DNA from: Octopus bimaculoides
Taxonomy: Eukaryota
Length of the DNA: 64,000 bases
Direction of reading: 5' to 3'
Assembly (NCBI RefSeq): GCF_001194135.2
Contig: NC_068995.1
Span: forward strand, 53,775,951 to 53,839,950
The translations under genes were made by a program, and so were the position numbers. This document shows positions 54,200 through 64,000 of this stretch, piece by piece. The notes below the pieces were generated by a model. That model did not search any database and was not told the origin of the DNA. It worked only from the letters and a program-made list of their open reading frames with translations. The first letter of the stretch is position 1. Every line of letters begins with the position of its first letter.

Positions 54200-55240
54200 G
54201 AAAAGAACTTACGTAGAGTATGACCGTATTTTTTAGTACTTGTTTCTGGATTTCGTATATGCTACTTTCTCCCTGGATTTCTTGAAAGAAGCCATTGACT
54301 GTTTAGTTTATGACCTCCGGTGCTCCTGTCACAAGTGATATTGCCTCCGTCTTCAGGTGTCACATCCTGCTTATTTCAACATTAAGGTCTTTATAGTTGG
54401 CAAGTTTGTCATATACCTTGGCAAGTACAGTTTTGTCAAATGGTATAGTGATACGCAAAAGTAGGCAGGCCTACTTAACTGTTGGTGCCTTTTATAATAA
54501 TATCTGGGAGGTTGATACTAATTATTCGATTAGAATGTGCCTCAGTTTCTCAAGGTATTGTGATATCGTTACTTTCAACTGTTGGTTTCGGTTGGTGTTC
54601 AGACCACCTTTTCGCTTGTTCAACACTAAGGCTTTTGCACGTTGTCCAGTGTCGAACCTTGTCGTGTCTAAGTTTATATTCGGTGTCAGCAAGGGATGCG
54701 CATACAAATACTATAGTCAATTGTTTTATGGGCATCACAGACCTTCATTTAGGGTCCGTTCAGTTTTTGAGGACGTTAATCTGATAATTGATCGTGCAAA
54801 GACTATGTTGCATACGGCAAGAAGGAATCCTTTTCTTTCTGCTTTCAGCCTTGAACTTTAACACTACTCCTGATTTTGTGATAGGACTACAAATGGTTCC
54901 CTGATATGGAGTGCGTGTTACCTATGAAGAGTTTTCTGCTACCGTCTATGTTTCCACGTTTTAAGTCCTTCCGCTTTTGATTTCATCGTAAACATTTTGA
55001 CTACCTTTTCTGATATTAGGGCACCTTCGTTAGCGTTCTCTATTACTATAATGCCTTGCTTTGATTTATATTTTTCAGTTTCGTTCTTTACAGAATGGAG
55101 TTTCTTGAATTTAGGGGATTCCACGAGAGAAATAGTGGAGTTGCTAGAACTATGAATCTGGTGGCCGCTTAGGATTGGACGATGAGATGGAAAATTCTCG
55201 CAAAATTGCCCAGACAGTTGCAAGTATGTAAAAACCATTC
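54200..55240 (-). mobile_element. Decayed R4/Dong-clade LINE C-terminus: CCHC knuckle plus restriction-like endonuclease
   Basis: Frameshifted minus translations: KKLHSVKNETEKY; R*QKTLH; KGFLLA; INYQINVLKN*TDPK*R..CDAHKTID; CASLADTEYKLRHDKV..W..C...W.EHQPKPTVE; NLPDIIIK (PD at 54502-54507); ITIPFDKTVLAKVYDKLANYKDLNVEISRM*HLKTEAI; SIYEIQK. Confidence 0.92.
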
Positions 55241-56164
55241 TCTGGATTTCTAGAATGCATTAAAATAACTTGATCAAACCTCAATTCGTACACACACTAT
55301 ATATTAGTCAAAAGGATAAGGAGTGTGTCTTACAAGATTTAGATAGTTTTAGGTAGTTGCATGCATAGTGTACACATTTGTGCTCTGTACAGTGAACATA
55401 ACGAAGAATAAGGAACACGGCCCGAAGTGGATGAGCCTTCCTACTCAAAGAAATGTTCTAACCGACAGATTAGGAAATTAGTCAGGCATGAATTGACAGG
55501 TGCAATTATTAATAATCCGTTGTGGATATTGTTAGTTACATCAGCGTTTTGCCTACAGGTTATTGCCATTAGTATATTGCACTTTACCAACTGGACGATA
55601 TAGAGTGTGGCTTGATAACTCACTTCGCAGAACTTTCAAGTAGAAGTTTAATGACAATTTTCAATATCTTTTGGACAGGCACAGGCTACAGGAGAGGATG
55701 GTTTGCTTCTTTGCAATAAAATCTTCAGGCAAAGCCAATTTGATTGTTTTAGCAAATGAATTTTTTCAGACTCGAGTGCAGAACGAATCCGTACGTATAA
55801 TTATACTTATCGGGAAGCTCGATAATCCAATTGGACTTCCTTCACTGAAGGATATGGCCAATGGTTTGTGTATTAGACACGGCAGGAAAAATTGAAGTCA
55901 AGGAACTTTCTCATCAACAAAGCTCATGTTTAAGTTACAGAAAAATCTGAGAATTGAAAGATGAAGTCCTCCAATAAGTTTCAAGAGCGGTGGGGTAAGT
56001 GACCAGATTAGTGCAAGTAAATGGCCCTATTCTAAATATGTAATGTTTGTGTATAATGATTGTGGTGCGACCCGATTCATACAATGCCGTAGACCCCTAT
56101 AGAGGTAATAACACCACGGTGTTATTTTCTTGTTTACATTGTTATTAGTTAATATTTCATAATA

Positions 56165-56337
56165 TTTGTTCAGTTCTTTATTTAAGAGATGAGGAATTAT
56201 GTACGTTAATTACATTTGACGGATATTTGTCCTCATCCTGTTTGTTGTTAACACAACATATCGGCTGATATGCCCTCCAGTCTTCATCAGGTGTCTTGGG
56301 GAAATTTTGAACCTGGGTTCTCATTCCTAAGGTATTT

Positions 56338-56340
<3 letters not shown>
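56165..56340 (-). mobile_element. Penelope-like terminal repeat or derived short repeat carrying a minimal hammerhead motif
   Basis: Minus AAATACCTTAGGAATGAGAACCCAGG...ACACCTGATGAAGACTGGAGGGCATATCAGCCGATATGTTGTGT...; has the minimal type I hammerhead layout typical of PLE termini. Confidence 0.7.
56251..56294 (-). ncRNA. Degenerate minimal type I hammerhead ribozyme motif
   Basis: Stem I ACAC/GTGT; CUGAUGA plus extra A; stem II GACTG/CAGCC (1 mismatch); GAUA instead of GAAA; minimal stem III; U17. Confidence 0.55.
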
Positions 56341-56383
<43 letters not shown>

Positions 56384-56405
56384 CTTCTTCTTCTTCTTCT
56401 TCTTC
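56336..56405. repeat. (GTT)n(CTT)n microsatellite
   Basis: Direct reading. Confidence 0.97.
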
Positions 56406-56553
56406 TTTGTTGCAAATGGTCACTGCTCCTTGTATGATTCATATTTGAATTTTGACATATAACTTAAGTATTTCTGCTTGATAAATAATATGATAATGCT
56501 GAAGGGGATTGCGACAATAATATTAACAACAAAAACAGCAACAATAATAATGA

Positions 56554-56770
56554 TAATATTTTCAAATTTTAGCACAGTGCCAGCAGTGATTGTAGGGAAG
56601 AGGAAGTCAGTTACATCGAACCGCACTACCGGAGTGGTGCTTATTTTATCGACCCCCGAGATGTTGAAGGACAAGTCCGTCCTAGCGAAATTTGAACTCG
56701 GGACATAAGGACGGAAGAAATGCTTCTAAGTCTGACGACCGGTGCGCTAATGATTCTGCCACCTCACCAC

Positions 56771-56772
<2 letters not shown>
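56554..56772 (-). mobile_element. SINE family A, full length, abutting (AAT)n
   Basis: Minus AAGTGGTGAGGTGGCAGAATCATTAGCGCACCGG...GAGTTCAAATTTCGCTAGG...GGGGGTCGATAAAATAAGCACC...TGTGCTAAAATTTGAAAATATT. Confidence 0.88.
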
Positions 56773-56840
<68 letters not shown>

Positions 56841-56958
56841 TAATCCTTTCTATTGTATGTAACTCCCACATTTTTGACTATCGTGGTGATGTTCCCTCAT
56901 CCATGCCCCAGTGGAAAATAAAAGATTAGCATCCACATCATCTTCATGAAATCCTTAT

Positions 56959-56997
<39 letters not shown>

Positions 56998-57090
56998 TAT
57001 TATTATTACTATTATTATTATTATTATTGTTGTTGTTATTGTTATTGTTATTGTTATTATTATTATTATTGTTATTATTATTGTTATTGA
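56772..57090. repeat. (AAT)n ... (CAT)n(ATT)n(GTT)n microsatellites
   Basis: AAT run at 56772-56842; CAT/ATT/GTT run at 56960-57090. Confidence 0.95.
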
Positions 57091-57412
57091 CACACCAGCC
57101 TCTAGCAGAACAGAATATAATTACACTCCATCTCCATTACAGTATTTTTTCCGTGTGATTCCTACAGTACAAAAAAAAAAAAAACTACCTCATAGCAGCA
57201 GTAGTAGTAGTAGTAGCAGCAGCAGCAGCAGCAGCAACAAGAACAACAAGAACAACAACAGTGGTGTTGTTAATGTTAGTTTAAGTAATAGAACTGGAGT
57301 CGTTGATCTTGAAACGATATTAGAATCAGCCGTGTTTCAGATGTTTCTCAGTTACAACATGTGTTCATGAAGGCTACCGTCGGAGTTGCTAGCGTCAATA
57401 CTTCCTAGAACT

Positions 57413-57484
57413 TGCTGCTGCCGTTGCTGCTGTTGCTGCTGCTGCCGCTGCTGCTGCTGCTGCTACTGCTGCTGCTGCTGCCAC

Positions 57485-57530
<46 letters not shown>

Positions 57531-57577
57531 AATGATGGTGGTGATGATAATGATGATGGTGACGAAGACGACGATAT

Positions 57578-57618
<41 letters not shown>

Positions 57619-58240
57619 GTGATGATGGTGATGCTAATGATGGTGACGATGATGTTGAAGATAATGCTGATGATGATCATGAACTTGAGGAAAATAATAA
57701 TGATAACAATGATGACGATCATAATGTTGATGACGGTGATGACGATGACGTCGATGATAATGATGAGGATGCTGCTTCTGCTGCTACTGGTGATGATGTT
57801 GATGGTGGTGATGGTGCTGCTGCTGCTGATGATGATGATGAGGAGGAGGAGGAGGATGAGGAGGAGGAGGAGGAGAAGGGGAGGACGATGATAATGAGGA
57901 CGATGGTAATGAGGACGATGATAATGAGGACGATAAAACAATGAAGAAAATGAGAAGGATTGTGGCGATTATGATGATGATAATGAAGAGGTAGGTGAGA
58001 AGGAGAAGGGGATGCAGATGACGATAAGGATGATGAATATAAGGAAACGATGACGCGAGATTGATGACGATTTTGGTGTTGGCCGGAGCAGCCATGAAAG
58101 GAGCGATTAAATCTCTGTCGTCGTCACCGACGTCATCCTCGTCGTCTTCATCATCACTGCCGTCATAATCATCGTCGTCGTCATCATCATCATCATCGTC
58201 ATCATCATCAGCATCATCATCATCATCAGCATCCAACACG
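57413..58240. repeat. Large compound trinucleotide tract (GCT/GAT/GAG...CAT) with a 15-bp GAGGACGATGATAAT sub-repeat
   Basis: Direct reading; source of the poly-M/L/I/D ORFs. Confidence 0.95.
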
Positions 58241-58246
58241 AGAAAT

Positions 58247-58400
58247 AGTAATTTCAAATTTTGTCACAAGGCCAGCAATATCTGAGTAGCGGATAAGTCG
58301 ATTACATCGTCCCCAGGTCTCAACTGGTACTTATTTTATCGACTCCCAAGAGATGAAAGGCAAAGACGGCCTCGGCGAAATTTCAAGCCGATATTGCCAA
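58247..58400 (-). mobile_element. SINE family A, 3' two-thirds
   Basis: Minus TTTCGCCGAGGCCGTCTTTGCCTTTCATCTCTTGGGAGTCGATAAAATAAGTACCAGTTGAGACCTGGGGACGATGTAATCGACTTA...GGCCTTGTGACAAAATTTGAAATT. Confidence 0.88.
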
Positions 58401-59103
58401 GATTTTAACATGGATGGTCGGCCTGCTACAAACACTAAACATACACTTTTGAAATTCAACTCCAACACCATCACCATCACTTACAACAAATTACTATATC
58501 GTCATCGTTGATATAATAATGCTGTTGCCGTTGTTCTTGTTGTTGTTGTTGTTGTTGTTGTTATTGTTGTACTGTTGTGAATAGTAGACATTGTATCAGT
58601 TTCTGCTTCAGAACATGTTGATCTAGAAAATCTGTAACTGTGTAGTTAAAGATAATTCCTATATTAATCATCTGACATGTTTGTAAGTCATTATAGATTA
58701 ACGTGGTAGCCTCTGTACAGTCACTCGAGCTACTAGAAATAGCTGCTGAATGCTAATGCTAGGAAATGGTAATGCTAGGAAAAGGTAATGCTAGGCCAAC
58801 TCACTTGTTGGTCGTATCGCTCTTTAAATCTTGAAGGTTTTTCGTTTTACCCTTGACATATTCCATAACGATTCCACGATAACCTGAGGCTGATAACCTT
58901 TCGTTATCACATTCCTCTGGAACTTCCTGTCATTGGTTCAATAATTTTGAAAATAATAAAGAATTTATCAAGTAACTGTTGTCATTACGCTGATATTTTC
59001 GGAACGTAAATTAACATAGAATGTCGATAAAAGTCTTAATTTAGAAGCATTACATTTTTATCATTGAACGATGGTCAGTCTCTGGTAGACCAGACAAACA
59101 TAG

Positions 59104-59192
59104 AGTTCCCTGCCCAAGGATATGTTCCCTGTCGCCCACTCTCTTGAATCAATCTCACTGATTAAGAGCCAGAATGCCTAGCCACTAGCAAT
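59104..59192 (-). mobile_element. tRNA(Lys)-like-headed SINE remnant
   Basis: Minus GCTAGTGGCTAGGCATTCTGGCTCTTAATC contains a Lys-CTT-like anticodon loop CTCTTAA, followed by TCCTTGGGCAGG; too decayed to be a tRNA. Confidence 0.4.
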
Positions 59193-59425
59193 ATCAGAAA
59201 CAACAGCCAAAAATTTCATGAATTGCAAATTGTATCAACGCTTCTCAGTACTAGGTCTTTCTTCGTGTGTCACGTTCAGTAATTGCATAAGGCCGTTAAA
59301 CTAGCAGCGAGCAAATTTTAAGGCATGATTTGATAGCCAATGACCACAAACGCAGCAGGTAATAAGATAACAGTTACCTTCTCCCATGAATTTTATATAC
59401 AGATGTTAATAGAGATGCATAGGCG

Positions 59426-59485
<60 letters not shown>

Positions 59486-59587
59486 CACACGCAAATATTT
59501 AACGGTTTTTGATTTGATTGAGTCCATCATCCCTTTGACAGGTTTTCTTTTTCATCCTGTTGTATCTTTCTAAATCCATCTGCTCAC

Positions 59588-59648
59588 CGAGCAAATATGA
59601 TGGGGTTGCTAGTGCAATCACCGACGACCCGATTATACAATACGCCAT
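59588..59648 (-). CDS. Candidate first coding exon encoding a signal-peptide-like N-terminus
   Basis: AATATGG start after an in-frame stop; MAYCIIGSSVIALATPSYLL plus 1 nt; donor G|GTGAGC (phase 1). Confidence 0.2.
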
Positions 59649-60234
59649 ATTGGCTTACATGTTAACTGTAGCGCTCCCGATTAACGAAACACATCCATTC
59701 GTATAACTTCACTTACTTTCACTTTTGCATCCATACAATGCATGAAACATACACATATTTATCCGTTCGTCCATCTCTCAATCGATCTATTTATAACAAT
59801 CCAGGAGCCTGCTACTTTGCATATCTACTTCTCTAGTATTCTCTACGCCTGTCATTCATAACTACGTACAGCTATGCAAAATATACTTTTAACCGCCATT
59901 TCGTTACCTTTCTTTATATTGCTACCTATTTATGTACATATCTCCTTATTATATAAGTATTGTAATGTGGAATATGTTGGTACAAAGACAGCAAGGCTTG
60001 TAAAGGTCAATATGAGAATGAGAATAAAATTGTAAAGACAAAATAAAGTGGAAACAGATAAGGATGAATTACAAAATACAAATGAGAAAAGATTAAACTA
60101 ATATTAAGATTAAGTCTATAATATAGAAATAAAATTGGAAATAACATGGAAACATGAAATATAAATACTACAAGTTATATAGAAATAGAATATTATAGAG
60201 AAAAATACACGACGTAGAAGATAAGAGACGTTAT

Positions 60235-60237
<3 letters not shown>

Positions 60238-60292
<55 letters not shown>
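60238..60292. repeat. (AT)n microsatellite
   Basis: Perfect run. Confidence 0.97.
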
Positions 60293-60295
<3 letters not shown>

Positions 60296-60554
60296 GTTTT
60301 GTATTATATAACAGGCTAGGTTATGATAAACTATTATGTGTGTCTGTGTGTGTCTGTATGTTTATGTGTGTGTAAATATTTTATGAACGCTTAAACGGAA
60401 GCCTCTGTAGCGATGTTTGCAATTCTCTTTCTCCTTCACCTTCTCCCTATCATTCTATTACATTTGCACATACACACACACATGTACACACAGACACACA
60501 GACACACACACAGACACACACACATACACACACACGCACACACACAAACACACA

Positions 60555-61540
60555 AAATACTTCATGGTTGGAAAGAGGTGGAAGTCAGTTGGTGCGAAGT
60601 GGGGAGAGCAAGGGGATGAGGAAATATTTCATCACCACTGGAGTGTGCTTTTATTTGATCAACATGCGCATTGTGAACTGGGGCGTTGTCCTGGAGGAGG
60701 CAGACTCCGTTGGTCACCAATCCACGCCTCTCTTCTTTCATGGTTTCCCGCAATTTCTGCAGCAGCGAAGCATAATGTGTCTCGTTAATTGTGGTACCCT
60801 TTGCCAGAAAATCCATCATCACTACTCCGCTCTGGTCCCAAAAGTCTGTGAGCATCCCCTTGCCTGCTGAGGGTTGGAAACGAGCCATTTTTGAAGGTGG
60901 TGAGTTATCATGCTTTCATCACAGGATCATAATGATGGACCCATATTTCATCCTGTGTGATAAGTCTGCCGAAAACATATTCCTCGTTTTCTTGACACAT
61001 TGACAAAAGTGCCTAGGAGCAATTTTCGTTCTTGCTTCCGAAAAGGTGTGAGCATTCGGGTAATTCATCGTGCAGACATCTTCTGCGTGTGGAAATGGTC
61101 GTAAAGGACTTTTCTAGGGACTATACACTTATCTGCATTTCTTGGGCCAGTTGCCGAAGTTATGCGTCGATCCACCAAAATAGCGGTTTCCCTCTATGTA
61201 TAATGTCATGAATGGCGGAATGTGGTCGTGCAGGAATAGGACCGGTTTCCATCGATGTCCCACCACATTTGAACTGGTGATGCCAGCGCTTGACTAAGTC
61301 ATGATGGTGCATTGGCACCATAAACTTCTTTCATCTTATCGAAGTTTCTTTTGGTTTGCGACGTTTCAAGTATAAAAACCTGTTCACTGAACTGCATTCA
61401 ACTACTTCCATTATAACACCTTAGCCCACTTCAGCAGCCGTAAAACACAAACGAATCCTAGTGGAAAGCTGCAGTTTACAATGTCACATGTAGAGACATG
61501 TATGATTATACCGGTACAAGTTCCGTTTCCTGCAATAAAC
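60555..61540 (-). mobile_element. Decayed mariner (DD34D) transposon, most of the transposase, 3' end lost
   Basis: ATG at 61411: MEVVECSSVNRFLYLK; DLVKRWHHQFKCG; GRLITQDEIWVHHYDP (D1 near 60951); SAGKGMLTDFWDQSGVVMMDFLAKG...LLQDNAPVH (D2 at 60688-60690); after a 1-nt frameshift SPHFAPTDFHLFP (D3 at 60584-60586). D2-D3 spacing is 104 nt, consistent with D34D. Confidence 0.95.
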
Positions 61541-61592
61541 GGAAATGCATGACGGGAAATCATCAATGAATATCCTCGAAAATTAGATTGGC

Positions 61593-61626
<34 letters not shown>

Positions 61627-62185
61627 GTAGGTAGATATAATATATGATAGATAAATAGCTAGCTAGATAGATGAACATGGCCCCAACAAAATAACTACTG
61701 CCAATGCTACTTGTATTTTATTCAACTCTGAGTTTAAATACAATTGTTTAGCTATTTCGTAGCTGTAATCGAACACGTTAACTTTGAGTGGTCAGAATAA
61801 ACATGTTGCTTCAATTTGTATCGACACAAGCAAAGCAGTATGTCCAATGATAATAAATATAAAGAAAACATACTATTATTTATTTCACTGCATATATAAC
61901 TATACAATTAGTTGTTACGTTTTATTTCTGGCCATTTTTGTTACCACGTTTGAGGCTTTATCTAAAGTTATTAGACAAATATTATATTCTCGTTGCCTCA
62001 ATGAATATCTACCTACTTCCATAAAATACAAACAAGAGCACACACACACATATACACATGCATATATACGCACAAACATACATAAAATAAAATATATGTA
62101 TTAAGAGTAATTTATAATGTAATTAAGTATATATATGTATATATATATATGCGTATGTGTTCGAAAAATTCAACTTCAAATACAT

Positions 62186-62214
62186 TAACAACAACAACAA
62201 TAACTGTAATAATG

Positions 62215-62283
<69 letters not shown>
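62186..62283. repeat. (AAC)n(AAT)n microsatellite
   Basis: Direct reading. Confidence 0.97.
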
Positions 62284-62284
<1 letters not shown>

Positions 62285-63179
62285 ATAGATAAATGTATTG
62301 TTTTGTTTAATAAAAAGGATGTTTTGATGATATTAGATGACTTTTTAAAGAGGTTTTGAAGATGAACTCTTGTAAAATATTTATGTAAAGAGTATTTGTA
62401 AAACATTATTCTTTGATGAACGATATCTATAGACACGAGAATTTGTCTGTTTGTCGTTGTTATTATCTGAAGAGGAAACGGTCCTTATGTCGTCACTTTG
62501 AACCCATTTCAATCTGTTTATTTAACAATATATAAGTCTTTGATGTTAAATTTTTCGACTCGGTAGATTTACATACTTTAAACAAATTTTTCTTTTCTTT
62601 TTAATCATTGTTAATAGTGCAGTGAAACTTACCATGAATAAATGGATAAACTTTATGATATATTTTTTAAAGTAGTTTCTGGTATCTGTCTGAAACTTTA
62701 ATTTTTCTTGTTTAGAAACTGAAACGGGGATTCATTTAGATAATCTACCCACAATTTCTTATATTTATATGCGTGTTTTGTGTACTATAGGTATTCATGT
62801 TTGATTCGTTAGGAGTATACTATCGGCACATGATTGCTAAAATAATAACGATATCGATGATCAAGGATACAAATGGTGGACGAGAAGTTAAATATTCAAG
62901 AAAGAAAATACATGAATATGAAGACGCAGGTGAAATTCAATATCGGTATCTGGATATTTATTATTCATATACTGAAAATAATAATATACGTTTATACTTT
63001 AGAGGCTCACGAATATCGTCGAATAAGTTACAGATTTCTGAAATATAAATCACAATATTCATATCAATATAATAAGCGCAGGAAGTACACCTCCACAAAC
63101 AAACTCATATGCACCCATATACACCCATATATATATACTGGATGTACAAAGATATTGGTATATTATGAATTATGAATTG

Positions 63180-63220
<41 letters not shown>

Positions 63221-63226
<6 letters not shown>

Positions 63227-63440
63227 ATGGTGCTGAAAGTTCTTGGCGTTGAGAAAAAGAAAATACAAGCGGATCATTTGATTGTGATTTTACTCAACAT
63301 AATCCCCTTTCAGAGTCACACACTTATTGCAATGCTGCCTCAGTTTTTCTAAGCCTTGTAAAATAACTCGGAAATTGGGCCTCCAATAAGGCCTTTCGAG
63401 ATACCCTTAAAGCCAGGAACTTTTCAGCACCCCTCTTATA
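63221..63440 (-). mobile_element. Mariner-derived MITE, about 220 bp, with TIRs of about 30 bp and TA flanks
   Basis: Left TATAAGATGGTGCTGAAAGTTCTTGGC versus reverse complement of the right end TATAAGAGGGGTGCTGAAAAGTTCCTGGC; internal minus frame GLEKLRQHCNKCVTLKGDYVE* (63290-63355) is a mariner transposase C-terminus. Confidence 0.92.
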
Positions 63441-63936
63441 TACGCAGTGAAGCTTTATTATAGCGTCATAAATGTGTCGACTGCTGTTTTCAGTAAATAC
63501 TGGTGCCTTGTTCTACCACAACACTATATTTATACTTCTACTTTTACGGTGCGTTATTTTACTGGAAAGTAATACATTTGTATTGCAATATTATATTTTT
63601 CGTTGAAACGTTTTTCACTGTTCTTGACCTGTTAACGGCTAAGCTTTCAGGTGAGTATACTGGCATTGATGTAGTGACATTTGAAATATTGTCCAGGTAA
63701 ATCCAACTGATGAAGACTAATCAAATTTACGCTGACAAACGTATTTAAAGAGGCCGAAACCTAGGTACTGGATTATCCGATTCTGGTTGTCTTTTTATCT
63801 AATGTTCTTCGTAGAGGGAAGACATGTTTGTTGCACTCACATGTCTTTGCCAGTATATACACAGTGAAGCCTTACTATATCGTCGTAAATGTTTCGACTG
63901 TTATTTCCAGTAAATATTGGTGCTTTATTGTACCAC
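63439..63936 (+). repeat. 417-bp unit with 81-bp terminal direct repeat
   Basis: 63439-63519 versus 63856-63936 align ungapped, 68/81 identical by manual count. Confidence 0.9.
63700..63774 (+). ncRNA. Type I hammerhead ribozyme fold, catalytic core intact
   Basis: Stem I AATCCA(A)/(C)TGGATT; CTGATGA at 63707-63713 plus extra A; long imperfect stem II closed by G-C; GAAA at 63756-63759; palindromic stem III ACCTAGGT; predicted cleavage after GUA at 63767. Confidence 0.6.
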
Positions 63937-63938
63937 TA

Positions 63939-63965
63939 CTCTCTCTCTCTCTCACTCTCTCTCTC

Positions 63966-64000
<35 letters not shown>
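63939..64000. repeat. (CT)n microsatellite running to the window edge
   Basis: Direct reading. Confidence 0.97.

Noticed and set aside
62633-62689. Minus-strand ATG|GTAAGT exon candidate; similar lone donor/acceptor pairs at 24476, 25996 and 42086
   Set aside because: No recognisable peptide or corroborating signal; such pairs are expected by chance in AT-rich DNA.
63878-63915. Minus-strand ACTG/CAGT stem plus CGAAAC in the direct repeat, suggesting an ambisense second ribozyme
   Set aside because: No CUGANGA upstream in either repeat copy, and the left copy reads CGACAC.

Overview
AT-rich eukaryotic genomic DNA from a gapped draft assembly (9 N-runs), saturated with di-, tri- and tetranucleotide microsatellites and decayed transposons. 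The repeat content (abundant Pol III SINE families, R4/Dong, RTE, CR1-type and Tx1 LINE relics, mariner) suggests an octopus or other coleoid cephalopod genome. This is an inference from recalled repeat families, not a database result. No intact protein-coding gene can be called with confidence, and most ORFs in the supplied track are microsatellite or N-gap artefacts. Well supported: a decayed near-full-length DD34D mariner (60555-61540, -), a mariner MITE with TIRs (63221-63440), two R4-clade LINE fragments (RT thumb at 36975-37620; CCHC knuckle plus restriction-like endonuclease at 54200-55240), RTE, CR1-type and Tx1 fragments, and about 20 SINE copies. Most interesting: a type I hammerhead ribozyme fold with an intact catalytic core (63700-63774) inside a 417-bp unit bounded by an 81-bp direct repeat, which is a retrozyme or Penelope-like architecture. 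Also notable are two degenerate Penelope-type hammerhead motifs, a tail-to-tail SINE foldback, and several weakly supported candidate exons, including a Cys-rich exon and a signal-peptide-like first exon on the minus strand.
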